Part shown: positions 40,669 to 49,537 of the stretch, piece by piece
How the letters are laid out: the number at the start of each line of letters is the position of its first letter
Numbering within the stretch: the stretch's first letter is position 1
Origin: Thermodesulfobacteriota bacterium
GTDB lineage: Bacteria; Desulfobacterota_D; UBA1144; Nemesobacterales; UBA2774
Reading direction: 5' to 3'
DNA length: 64,000 bases
Assembly: GCA_963422265.1 (NCBI GenBank)
Contig: OY729416.1
Location: 544,001 to 608,000, forward strand
Position numbers and translations under genes: made by a program
Notes under the pieces: generated by a model
The model's input: the letters and a program-made list of their open reading frames with translations, nothing else
Database searches by the model: none
Told to the model about the DNA's origin: nothing

Positions 40669-41157
40669 TCACAAAGAAATACTCAAATGCTCTGAGGAAA
40701 CTACAATTCCTGTGTGATCAGCGTATGCAAACTCGCCGGGTACAAACATAACTCCACCAAACTTGACGGGAACGTTTAGCTCTCCCAAGCCCTTTCGTTT
40801 TGTTTTAAGAGGTATTGATCCTAGTGCTTTTACTCCTATATTCATTTCATTTATCATCTCAATGTCCCTAATGGCACCGTAAATAATGATTCCTTCCCAA
40901 CCATTTTTTGACGCGTCTTCAGCAATCATATCTCCTAAAAGGGCACATCTCATTGAACCACCCCCATCTATAACCATTACCATGCCTTTTCCATCCTGTT
41001 TAGCAGTCTCTTTAACAAACGAATTGTCTTCAAAGCACTTTATTGTAATTATCTCACCACCAAAAAATCCCTTTTTGCCGTAATGTTTAAATAATGGATC
41101 TACAACCCTTACAAGCTCTGGATATGAGTCGCAAAGATCGGACGTTGAGTATGCCAT
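40669..41157 (-). CDS. rraA: RraA family protein (RNase E regulator / HMG aldolase)
   Basis: KCFEDNS, DGGGSMRCALLGD, GAIRD. Confidence 0.92.
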   Translation of the reverse strand: MAYSTSDLCDSYPELVRVVDPLFKHYGKKGFFGGEIITIKCFEDNSFVKETAKQDGKGMVMVIDGGGSMRCALLGDMIAEDASKNGWEGIIIYGAIRDIEMINEMNIGVKALGSIPLKTKRKGLGELNVPVKFGGVMFVPGEFAYADHTGIVVSSEHLSISL

Positions 41158-41161
41158 AACG

Positions 41162-41662
41162 TTACAGGCTCTTTGGGGTGAAATAGTCTAATAATTTCCC
41201 TGTCTTGATTCCAATTTGAGACCAAGAGCCACTATTGAACTTTATAATTGCAACTCCACACGTAGGGATGTTTTCAAAGCCAGAGTTGCTCAGATTGTTT
41301 ACAAGTTGTGTTATCGATGGGTTGTGGCCTACGAGCATAGCGTTTTGGAATGAGTTGCCAATGCTTTTAATCAAGTTAAAGAGACTGATTGCACCTGACG
41401 TGTATATGTAGTCATCAACTAAAATGTCTGATTTTTTGTAGCTCAACTCCTTGGAGATTTTTTCAGCCGTTCTCAAGGCTCTAACTGCCGGGCTTGATAT
41501 GATAATTTCAGGCTTGACCTTGCATTTAGATAGGCACTTTCCAACTTTAGGTGCATCCCTTTTTCCACGCTCATTCAGTTGCCGTTCAAGATCGCTAACT
41601 CTGGGCTCTGACCAAGTAGATTTAGCGTGTCGGACTAGAAAAAGCGTTTTATTCTTATGCAT
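41162..41662 (-). CDS. sixA: SixA-like histidine phosphatase
   Basis: LVRHAKS, SSPAVRALRTA, VGHNP. Confidence 0.85.
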   Translation of the reverse strand: MHKNKTLFLVRHAKSTWSEPRVSDLERQLNERGKRDAPKVGKCLSKCKVKPEIIISSPAVRALRTAEKISKELSYKKSDILVDDYIYTSGAISLFNLIKSIGNSFQNAMLVGHNPSITQLVNNLSNSGFENIPTCGVAIIKFNSGSWSQIGIKTGKLLDYFTPKSL

Positions 41663-41742
41663 TTATCCACTTAGTTAATCTGCTTTCACATCCTGCCAAT
41701 CAATTGTCTAATTGGGAACGCAACATGTTAATAGTTTGAGCG

Positions 41743-42246
41743 TCACGACCAAGGCTCACTGTAATAATAAACAAAATTTGCAACCTTAGGTCTCTCAGTC
41801 CAGCCCATCTTTCTATAAAATCCTCTCTTATAAGAAGGCTTATCCTGTCCGTTCGTAAGCATCAGTCTCATGCAGCCCCTTTCCTCACCCTCCTTTATAA
41901 CGTATTTAATAAGTGAATTGCCTACTCCCCTGCCACTTGCGCTTGGGCTTACAAAAACATCCGACACGTAGCCTTCAAAGTTGCCTAACATTAAAAACGG
42001 CACCCAATGAACGTTGACAAAGCCAAGCACTGCGTCATCTTCATTAACTGCTACTATTATAGTGTGTCCTTTGCTGTTGTCTAAGCAATGCCTTATCAGT
42101 TTCTCTATTGGTGTTGATACCTCTTTGAGCGGTAAAGAGTTCCTTTTTTCTGACCAACCTATTTCCCTGAGTATTGACGCCATGTATTCAGCATCCCCAA
42201 GCGTAGCCCGCCTTATTCTAATATCTTTCAATATATTCTCCTTCAA
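41743..42246 (-). CDS. GNAT family N-acetyltransferase
   Basis: VFVSPSASGRGVG, FYRKMGW. Confidence 0.88.
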   Translation of the reverse strand: MKENILKDIRIRRATLGDAEYMASILREIGWSEKRNSLPLKEVSTPIEKLIRHCLDNSKGHTIIVAVNEDDAVLGFVNVHWVPFLMLGNFEGYVSDVFVSPSASGRGVGNSLIKYVIKEGEERGCMRLMLTNGQDKPSYKRGFYRKMGWTERPKVANFVYYYSEPWS

Positions 42247-42264
42247 GGCATTACCATTCTTTGG

Positions 42265-42921
42265 TTAAAAGTCTATTATTTCAAGAGTGTCGATTTTATT
42301 GCTCACTTCTAAATAGGCATAGCGCCCGGTGCCAAGCGGTCCAGGGTTGACAATTTTTGTCTTTCCAATTTCATCTATGCCTGCCGCTTCATGTATATGC
42401 CCGGTGAAACAGACAAGTGGCTGCACCTTTTGAATAAATTCTCTCACGCTTTTGCTTCCGACATGTGATCCGTTCGTAAGCGTGTCATTTAACGTAAGAT
42501 AGGGGGGTTGATGGCAAACCATAACCTGTGGACAGTGTAAATTAGATGATTCAATCGAGAGCTTTAGAACATTTGCGTAGTCATCTTCTTCATAAACGTT
42601 GGGTGTAGGACTAGGGCATGGGAGAGAGCCGCCAGCCCCGAAAAATAATACCCCGCTTACTTTAACCGATCTTCCATGTAGATTGATATTTTCGCCGTCT
42701 AGGTAGTTATCCACTTCTTTGGTATCACAATTGCCGGTTACAGCTAACACGTTGACGTTATATTTCTTTATAGACTCAATTAATTCAAATGCTTCCTTTT
42801 GCCCTCCAAAGTTGGTCAGATCACCCGCAATGACCACAAGGTCAGAAGAAGATAAGGCGTCCCCTATCTTGTCAACTGGAGCAAAGTTCCCATGAGTATC
42901 CACTATGTTTACTATTTTCAC
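42265..42921 (-). CDS. Calcineurin-like metallophosphoesterase
   Basis: DTH, GD, GNCD, HQPP, GHIHE motifs. Confidence 0.9.
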   Translation of the reverse strand: MKIVNIVDTHGNFAPVDKIGDALSSSDLVVIAGDLTNFGGQKEAFELIESIKKYNVNVLAVTGNCDTKEVDNYLDGENINLHGRSVKVSGVLFFGAGGSLPCPSPTPNVYEEDDYANVLKLSIESSNLHCPQVMVCHQPPYLTLNDTLTNGSHVGSKSVREFIQKVQPLVCFTGHIHEAAGIDEIGKTKIVNPGPLGTGRYAYLEVSNKIDTLEIIDF

Positions 42922-43007
42922 GTAAATCTATCCTCTATTACACTCGATAAACGCTATACCGAGCATTGCATTTAAATATAAATGGTTTCTGGTTATAATC
43001 AAACTCT

Positions 43008-44033
43008 ATGATGAATATAGATCTTCTTAAAATACTATGCGAAACTGCAGCTCTTCCCGGAGTTGAGTATCCTGTCAAAGAAATAATAAAGAACGAATTT
43101 GGCAAACTTACGAGTGAAATAACTGAAGATGCTTTAGGTAACGTCGTCGCTCATATATCGGGTGATGGCCCAAAACTAGTCCTTGACGCCCACATGGATG
43201 AAGTAGGCTTCATGGTAAACTATATAGATTCAAGGGGCTTCTTACGATTGACCCCACTAGGAGGTATGGACCCTAGGGTGTTTTACGGGCAGAGGGTAGT
43301 TATTTGGGGTAAAGAGCGTTTGGTAGGAATGGTGGCAGCTATGCCTCCTCATATAAGTAAGAATACAAATAATAAAGAAGTACCGGAAGTAGAAGATTGC
43401 ATAGTAGATATGGGACTTTCAGAGGATAAGGTTCATAGGCTAATTAGTGTAGGTGACGTGGCATCTTTTTATCCACCATTCGAGGAGACCGAGGATGCCA
43501 TTATATCTAAAGCTATAGATGACAGGGTAGGACTTTTCGTTATCTTAGAAGCACTTAAGAGGAAACCTAAGCTCAAATGCGATCTATACCTTACAGCGAC
43601 TGTGCAAGAAGAGATTGGACTGAGGGGCGCAAGGGTAATAGTTCCCGTTTATGAACCTGATTTTGTAATTGCCCTTGAGGGAACGGTAGCGATGGACTTA
43701 CCAGGCGTTGCCGAGAATAAAACTTTAGCAAACTTAGGCAAGGGACCTGAGATTAGGCTTTCGGACAGGTTTATTGTCGCCCATAGACCTTTTAGCTATT
43801 TTATAATGGATATTGCGGCAAAGAACGATATCCCCTATCAGGTAACTGTAAAAAAGGCAGGTAGTACAAACGCCACGGCAATGCAGGTTACAGGAAAAGG
43901 AAGCCGTGCGGCTATAGTGTCAGTTCCCGTGCGTTACCTACACAGCCCTAGTTGCCTTGCGTATAAAGCAGATATTGAAGAAACAATAAAACTAATTTAT
44001 TATATTCTAGAGGATATAAGGCTTCCCTTGTAA
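43008..44033 (+). CDS. M42 aminopeptidase
   Basis: AHMDEVG, KAIDDRVG, VQEEIGLRGA, RYLHS. Confidence 0.92.
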   Translation: MMNIDLLKILCETAALPGVEYPVKEIIKNEFGKLTSEITEDALGNVVAHISGDGPKLVLDAHMDEVGFMVNYIDSRGFLRLTPLGGMDPRVFYGQRVVIWGKERLVGMVAAMPPHISKNTNNKEVPEVEDCIVDMGLSEDKVHRLISVGDVASFYPPFEETEDAIISKAIDDRVGLFVILEALKRKPKLKCDLYLTATVQEEIGLRGARVIVPVYEPDFVIALEGTVAMDLPGVAENKTLANLGKGPEIRLSDRFIVAHRPFSYFIMDIAAKNDIPYQVTVKKAGSTNATAMQVTGKGSRAAIVSVPVRYLHSPSCLAYKADIEETIKLIYYILEDIRLPL

Positions 44034-44089
44034 GATACGCGGTTGCCAAATATAAGAAGCAGTAGAGAGCCATTTACATTAAGAGAGCG

Positions 44090-44446
44090 ATGTATATAAA
44101 TGATTTATTAAAAGCATTTGAAAAGGCTTTAGCTAATTACGCCGAGCTCAGTACCGATGCAGCACTAAAGGATGAATTTAGACGTTCTATAGAGGGTAGG
44201 AAATACGATCTTCAAGACGAAGCACTAATAGAAGCTATTCTAAGGGATGATGAGAGTGAACTTACAGATTCTTTTACTAGTGCTTTCAATAATTTGCTTG
44301 ATAAGTTAGAAGCAACTAGCAGAGATGAATTCTTAAAAAGTAAAGGTGCTAGAAAGGAGGCGATACGTATTTATTTCGCCTCCTTAGAAAATCTGATTAC
44401 TTTGTATTATAACGGCCTCATTGGTAGACACTTTTCAGCCGCTTAA
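44090..44446 (+). CDS. Hypothetical helical protein
   Basis: 118-aa ORF filling the gap between genes; no recognised motif. Confidence 0.65.
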   Translation: MYINDLLKAFEKALANYAELSTDAALKDEFRRSIEGRKYDLQDEALIEAILRDDESELTDSFTSAFNNLLDKLEATSRDEFLKSKGARKEAIRIYFASLENLITLYYNGLIGRHFSAA

Positions 44447-44546
44447 ATAAAGATAAAGCATAAAAGTTAGGCGGTTCTAAGCAAATTAGGGCTTTTAGCA
44501 ACTAACTTCCATATGTCCCTTTTAGAGCGCATAATACCTGAGGTTG

Positions 44547-45848
44547 TTACTTTCTATCGTCTATCGTAACGTAATTTCTGTTCTTATATCCAAGGTAAAC
44601 CTGTCTTGGACGAGCTATCCTATTTTCGGGATCGTTCAGAAGCTCTTTCCACTGAGCAAGCCACCCCGATGTGCGGGCTATAGCGAAAAGTACCGTGAAC
44701 ATCTCGACTGGTATGCCCATGCTTTGATAGATGAGACCCGAGTAGAAATCAACGTTTGGGTAAAGTCTCCTCTTAACAAAATAGTCATCTTCAAGGGCAA
44801 TCCTCTCAAGTTCAAGGGCAAGCTCAAGGAGTGGGTTCGTCCCAGTCACTTCAAACACGTCGTGCGCAATCTCTTTGATTATCTTGGCTCTAGGGTCATA
44901 GGACTTATATACCCTATGGCCAAACCCCATGAGTCTAAATTCTCCTTCCTTGGCACGTTTGATGTACTCAGGGATTTTATCTTTTGAGCCAATGGTCTTT
45001 AGCATTTCTAAGACCCCCTCATTAGCACCTCCATGAAGTGGCCCATATAGGGCTGCTATTGCGGCGGCAGTAGCCGAGTAGGGGTCTGGATTAGAGCTCC
45101 CTACGTTACGCATTGCGCTCGCACTACAATTCTGTTCGTGATCCGCATGAAGTATAAGAAGCACGTCTATAGCTTTTTCAATCGCTTTGTTAGGCTTATA
45201 CTTTAGTTCAGTCATTTTGAACATCATATTAAGGAAGTTGCCTGCATAGCTGAGATCGTTATCCGGGTAAACGTAAGGCTGACCCATTGCGTGACGATAA
45301 GCAAAAGCAGCTATTGTAGGCATCTTGGCAATTAAACGATGAACTTGTATATCTCTTACCTCTTTGTTAAAAATATCCTTCGCTTCGGGATAAAAAGTTG
45401 ACAGGGCTCCTACAGTTCCAAGAAGCATGCCCATCGGATGTGCATTGTACCTGAACCCATCCATAAATTTCTTTATATTCTCATGTATTATGGTGTGGTG
45501 CGTTATGTTATATCCAAATCGTTCAAATTCCTCTTTTGTCGGAAGCTCACCATTAAGAAGTAGATAGGCAACCTCTAAATAGTTACTCTCTTCGGCAAGA
45601 ACCTCTATTGGATAGCCCCTGTACATGAGCTGTCCCTTATCGCCGTCAATAAAAGTTACCCTGCTAGTACACGAAGCCGTGTTGCTATAAGCAGGATCGT
45701 AACTCATCATACCAAAGTCGTCATTATTGACTTTTATTTGACGCAGGTCCATAGCCCTTATAGTGTCATTTTGTATAGGAATTTCATATTCTTTCCCCGT
45801 CCTATTATCTGTAATGGTTAAGTTATCTTTAACTTGTGATTTAGCCAC
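44547..45848 (-). CDS. gltA: Citrate synthase
   Basis: LHADHEQN, GPLHGGAN, GFGHRVYK, YPNVDFYSG. Confidence 0.97.
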   Translation of the reverse strand: MAKSQVKDNLTITDNRTGKEYEIPIQNDTIRAMDLRQIKVNNDDFGMMSYDPAYSNTASCTSRVTFIDGDKGQLMYRGYPIEVLAEESNYLEVAYLLLNGELPTKEEFERFGYNITHHTIIHENIKKFMDGFRYNAHPMGMLLGTVGALSTFYPEAKDIFNKEVRDIQVHRLIAKMPTIAAFAYRHAMGQPYVYPDNDLSYAGNFLNMMFKMTELKYKPNKAIEKAIDVLLILHADHEQNCSASAMRNVGSSNPDPYSATAAAIAALYGPLHGGANEGVLEMLKTIGSKDKIPEYIKRAKEGEFRLMGFGHRVYKSYDPRAKIIKEIAHDVFEVTGTNPLLELALELERIALEDDYFVKRRLYPNVDFYSGLIYQSMGIPVEMFTVLFAIARTSGWLAQWKELLNDPENRIARPRQVYLGYKNRNYVTIDDRK

Positions 45849-46002
45849 GATATTTCTCCTCCTTATATCCTTATACGCTATACGCTTTTATCTCTAACTT
45901 AATTTATATTTGCTATTTGGCCTTTAGATTATCAATTTTGTTTAATTACGCGCAGTAAAATATTAGGTTCACTTTTTTACTTTACCCGAACCTTCAATTT
46001 TT

Positions 46003-46908
46003 TCAAATGAGTTTTATCGGAACGGGTGAAAAGCACCCTATGAATATCAACAACGAGGAAAGCCCTATAATTTTTCTCTTGCTGTCAAGCCCGTTCTCTT
46101 CATGTATAGTTGGAGGGTGGCGCGTTCCCATTAGCGTGAGAAGAATTGCCCATACAAACCATCCTGGCCATCCTTCAAAGATCGGAATATACTTTGTGAA
46201 CCAAGGTATTCCACTTATCAAATAATTATTGTGGAACTCAATCAAACGCTCGGTGCCAAGACCTAATATGATTAACAGCCCAATCATTGACATGGAGGTA
46301 TATTTATGAAACTTGCGTGAAAAAAGCGAATAAATTAAATGTCCTCCGTCAAGCTGTCCCGAGGGTATAAGGTTGAGTGCCGTTATAAAAAGCCCTATCC
46401 ACCCTGCAAAAGCTATCGGGTGTAGAAACAGATCATAGCCATCTGGTATTTCACCAAAAAATGATTCAGTTATGAGCGAAAAAACGAGAGAAGCACCCAA
46501 GAAGAGTCCCCCTTCGCTTTGTTGTTCCGATAGATTAACTAATTTAGACATTTTAATGCCTAGAATGAGCACAGGTATAGTAGCCACTAATCCTGCGATG
46601 GGACCAGCTATTCCGATGTCGAATAAAGCCTTTTTTGTAGATATAGGGGATCTTATCTTTATGAAGGCGCCAAAAGTGCCTATTGGCGATATAAAAGGTG
46701 GTGCTGGTATGAAGTAAGGTGGGGTAATGGAAATCCCATATTTTCTTCCATAATAGTAATGCCCCATCTCATGTGAGCCGAGGATGAATAAAAGGGCTAA
46801 CGAAAAGGAAATGGCGTCTGACACGGAACCGCTAAAAGAATAGCCTGTTGTGAACGTTGTAGCAACAGTTAATAAAAAGAGGATTATATGGATTCTTTTA
46901 ACCTGCAT
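46003..46908 (-). CDS. Site-2 protease (M50)
   Basis: HEMGH, GTFGAFI, AGPIAG, NLIPSGQLDGGH. Confidence 0.93.
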   Translation of the reverse strand: MQVKRIHIILFLLTVATTFTTGYSFSGSVSDAISFSLALLFILGSHEMGHYYYGRKYGISITPPYFIPAPPFISPIGTFGAFIKIRSPISTKKALFDIGIAGPIAGLVATIPVLILGIKMSKLVNLSEQQSEGGLFLGASLVFSLITESFFGEIPDGYDLFLHPIAFAGWIGLFITALNLIPSGQLDGGHLIYSLFSRKFHKYTSMSMIGLLIILGLGTERLIEFHNNYLISGIPWFTKYIPIFEGWPGWFVWAILLTLMGTRHPPTIHEENGLDSKRKIIGLSSLLIFIGCFSPVPIKLI

Positions 46909-46966
46909 GCACTACTTAAAATACCCAAATAGCTCATAATTCAAAGTAGGTTTTTAGTTATTCTGG

Positions 46967-49273
46967 TTATCCTATTTCGACAAGTGCAGTATCTATAGAT
47001 TCAAGAATATCTAATAAATATCTCTTGATTTCCGATTCCCTATTCATATTCAATATTGTATGCTTTATTTCGTTAAGCATAAATCTGTCCACGCGCCTGC
47101 ATAAAAATCGAATAACTGGCACGCTAGAAGGCGACACGCTGAGATGATCATAGCCAAGTGAGAGTAGTTCTAACGCCCCAGCCGGCGTGCCAGCCAGCTC
47201 TCCGCAAACCGAGACTTCGATATTAGTAAACTTTGTTTTTGAATATGCGTGATTAAGCACTCTAATTACCGCGGGATGGAACCCCGAATATAGATGCCCT
47301 ATTGTGGTTGAGTTTCTATCAACGGCTAGAATATACTGAATTAAATCGTTTGTTCCGATAGATATAAAGTCGATTACGTCTTTGTAATCATCTAGTTGGT
47401 ACAGAACGGCGGGAACCTCCATCATAATCCCGAGTGGAGGAAGGTCAACTCTTGACATCCCCACCTCATTCCCAAGCTGCTCTATGATCTCTTTTGCCGT
47501 TTCTACCTCCCAAAGATTAGTTATCATAGGAAGAAGTATTCTAAAACGGTATCCTTTCTTCATAGTAAGTAGTATTGCTTTTATCTGGTCCTTGAATAGA
47601 TCAAGGTTCTCCATTGAAAAACGTATAGACCTTAAGCCAAGAAGCGGGTTATCTTCTTTAGGAAAGTCAAAGTAAGGGAGGAGCTTATCGGCTCCTATAT
47701 CAAGAGTTCTTATAGTTATGTAGCCTTCGTTAAAATCCATTGCGATCTCTTTGTAAATTTTGACCTGTTCCCTGACTCTGGGCCACCTATCATAATGAGC
47801 AAAAGAAAACTCAGTGCGAAAGAGTCCAACGTCCTTTACTTTATACTGCTTAGCCATTTGGGAGTCTATAGGAAAGCCTATATTAGCGCTGAGCTTGGTT
47901 TCCAATCCTTTATTAATCCTTTTGTCTTTGTCTCCCTTTTCTATGGCTTCTCTTATGTTAATAGTCTTGTTGTAAGTGCTTTGATACTCTCTGATTAACG
48001 TCTCGTCCGGATTACTGAACACAAAACCCGTCTTGCCGTCAACGATCAGTCTATCGCCAGATTTAAGAGTATTACTAGCGTTTTCAATCCCCACAACGGC
48101 AGGTATGCCAAGAGACTTGGCTATAATTACAGCATGAGAGGTCTCTCCGCCCTTTTCTATGATCACGCCTGAGATCTTGTTCCTAAAGAGCATAGATATA
48201 AATGACGGACCTATATCGTAAGCGACGAGAATCGAGCCTTCCACGGGCTCGACCGTGGACTTGCGTCCTTTGTTAAGCTTGATGAGATGATGGAGAATCC
48301 TCTCTCCAATATCGCGGAAGTCTTGGGCTTTCTCTCTTAAATAATGGTCGTTTAACTGCTCAAATTGAGAGGCTATTGATTCTATCACCTCAACTACTAA
48401 AACTTCTGCCGGCACTTTCTTTTCGTTTAGTTTTTCAAGTATTGTATTTCTTAGGGTAGATCCCTGAATTATTAGTAGGTGCACCCTGAATATATCTATC
48501 TCGGCTTTCGTAAGGATCGCTCCTGTATCAAGGGTCTCAATTAAACCCTTTAGGTCATTTTCCACGCTTGATAGAGCCCTTTCTATTCTTTGCTTCTCAG
48601 CACCGGGTTTCACTACACGGTATTCATCTGCTGTTATTTGTTGGAAAAGCCCTTTGAATAGAAAGGCATTTCCGGTCGCAATACCGCTTGACACCCCTTT
48701 ACCCTGATACGTTTTGGTTTTATGTTTGGTAATAGATGGGGTTTTTAGTCGCTCGAGTCTATCAGCGACTTCTAAAAGACCTGCCAAGCGCGACGCTATA
48801 ATCTGAAATAGGGTTTCTTCAGCCGGGTTAATTAGTATTTTTTCTTTCGTTTGTCCTACAAGGACACCTATGCACCTATTTTGAAGGAGAATTGGAACTC
48901 CTATGTAACTTTCATATTCTTCTTCTCCTATCTCCGGGACATATTTGTACCGTTCGTGTTTTGATGCAGGCATTACCGTAATTGGCCTTGAGGTTTGATA
49001 GACGAGCCCTGTAAGTCCTTCACTGGGATCTAAGTTAATTGGAGTTCTTTGAGGATCTACGTTTAGTCCTTTTGTTGACCTTAACGCCAGCACGTTTCTT
49101 TTCCTATCCAGGATATACACCGAGACAACGTCTAAGCCGAGAGAATCTGCAATTTTACTCACGACCTTTTTGAGAATAGTGTTTAGCCCAGTAGAAGTAT
49201 TAACTAGGTCACTTATCTCCTGAACGATCTTCAGGTGAAAATCCGCTCTGTCGGCTAATTTATTTACCCTCAT
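46967..49273 (-). CDS. ptsP: GAF-domain PTS enzyme I (EI-Ntr)
   Basis: N-terminal GAF domain (EGLTGLV, SYIGVPI), TSH, GLFRTEF, SIGTNDLIQY. Confidence 0.92.
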   Translation of the reverse strand: MRVNKLADRADFHLKIVQEISDLVNTSTGLNTILKKVVSKIADSLGLDVVSVYILDRKRNVLALRSTKGLNVDPQRTPINLDPSEGLTGLVYQTSRPITVMPASKHERYKYVPEIGEEEYESYIGVPILLQNRCIGVLVGQTKEKILINPAEETLFQIIASRLAGLLEVADRLERLKTPSITKHKTKTYQGKGVSSGIATGNAFLFKGLFQQITADEYRVVKPGAEKQRIERALSSVENDLKGLIETLDTGAILTKAEIDIFRVHLLIIQGSTLRNTILEKLNEKKVPAEVLVVEVIESIASQFEQLNDHYLREKAQDFRDIGERILHHLIKLNKGRKSTVEPVEGSILVAYDIGPSFISMLFRNKISGVIIEKGGETSHAVIIAKSLGIPAVVGIENASNTLKSGDRLIVDGKTGFVFSNPDETLIREYQSTYNKTINIREAIEKGDKDKRINKGLETKLSANIGFPIDSQMAKQYKVKDVGLFRTEFSFAHYDRWPRVREQVKIYKEIAMDFNEGYITIRTLDIGADKLLPYFDFPKEDNPLLGLRSIRFSMENLDLFKDQIKAILLTMKKGYRFRILLPMITNLWEVETAKEIIEQLGNEVGMSRVDLPPLGIMMEVPAVLYQLDDYKDVIDFISIGTNDLIQYILAVDRNSTTIGHLYSGFHPAVIRVLNHAYSKTKFTNIEVSVCGELAGTPAGALELLSLGYDHLSVSPSSVPVIRFLCRRVDRFMLNEIKHTILNMNRESEIKRYLLDILESIDTALVEIG

Positions 49274-49324
49274 ATTGGAAAACCGAGACCAGGCTTATAC
49301 AATCTGGACTCATTCTGCCTATAC

Positions 49325-49537
49325 CTAGTTTAGATGACTAGCTCGTATCTTCTTAATACCATAGCGCGGGAAAGAGACCGAAACATTGACCTCGTCTCCC
49401 GTTCCTTCCACCTTCTGCACAGTCCCTTGACCAAATTGTTCATGACTCACCTTTATAATGCTGGACGTTCTTATCGGTGTTTGCACCTCTATGTGATTTC
49501 TTCGGTCTATTAATTTCTCCTTTATTAATGTCCCCAA
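49325..49537 (-). CDS. PcrA/UvrD C-terminal Tudor-like domain ORF overlapping the rmuC 3' end (stand-alone gene, remnant or frameshifted fusion)
   Basis: KVSHEQFGQGTVQKVEGTGDEVNVSVSFPRYGIKKI matches the HxxFGxG/EG/VxF/GxK pattern. Confidence 0.6.
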   Translation of the reverse strand: MGTLIKEKLIDRRNHIEVQTPIRTSSIIKVSHEQFGQGTVQKVEGTGDEVNVSVSFPRYGIKKIRASHLN

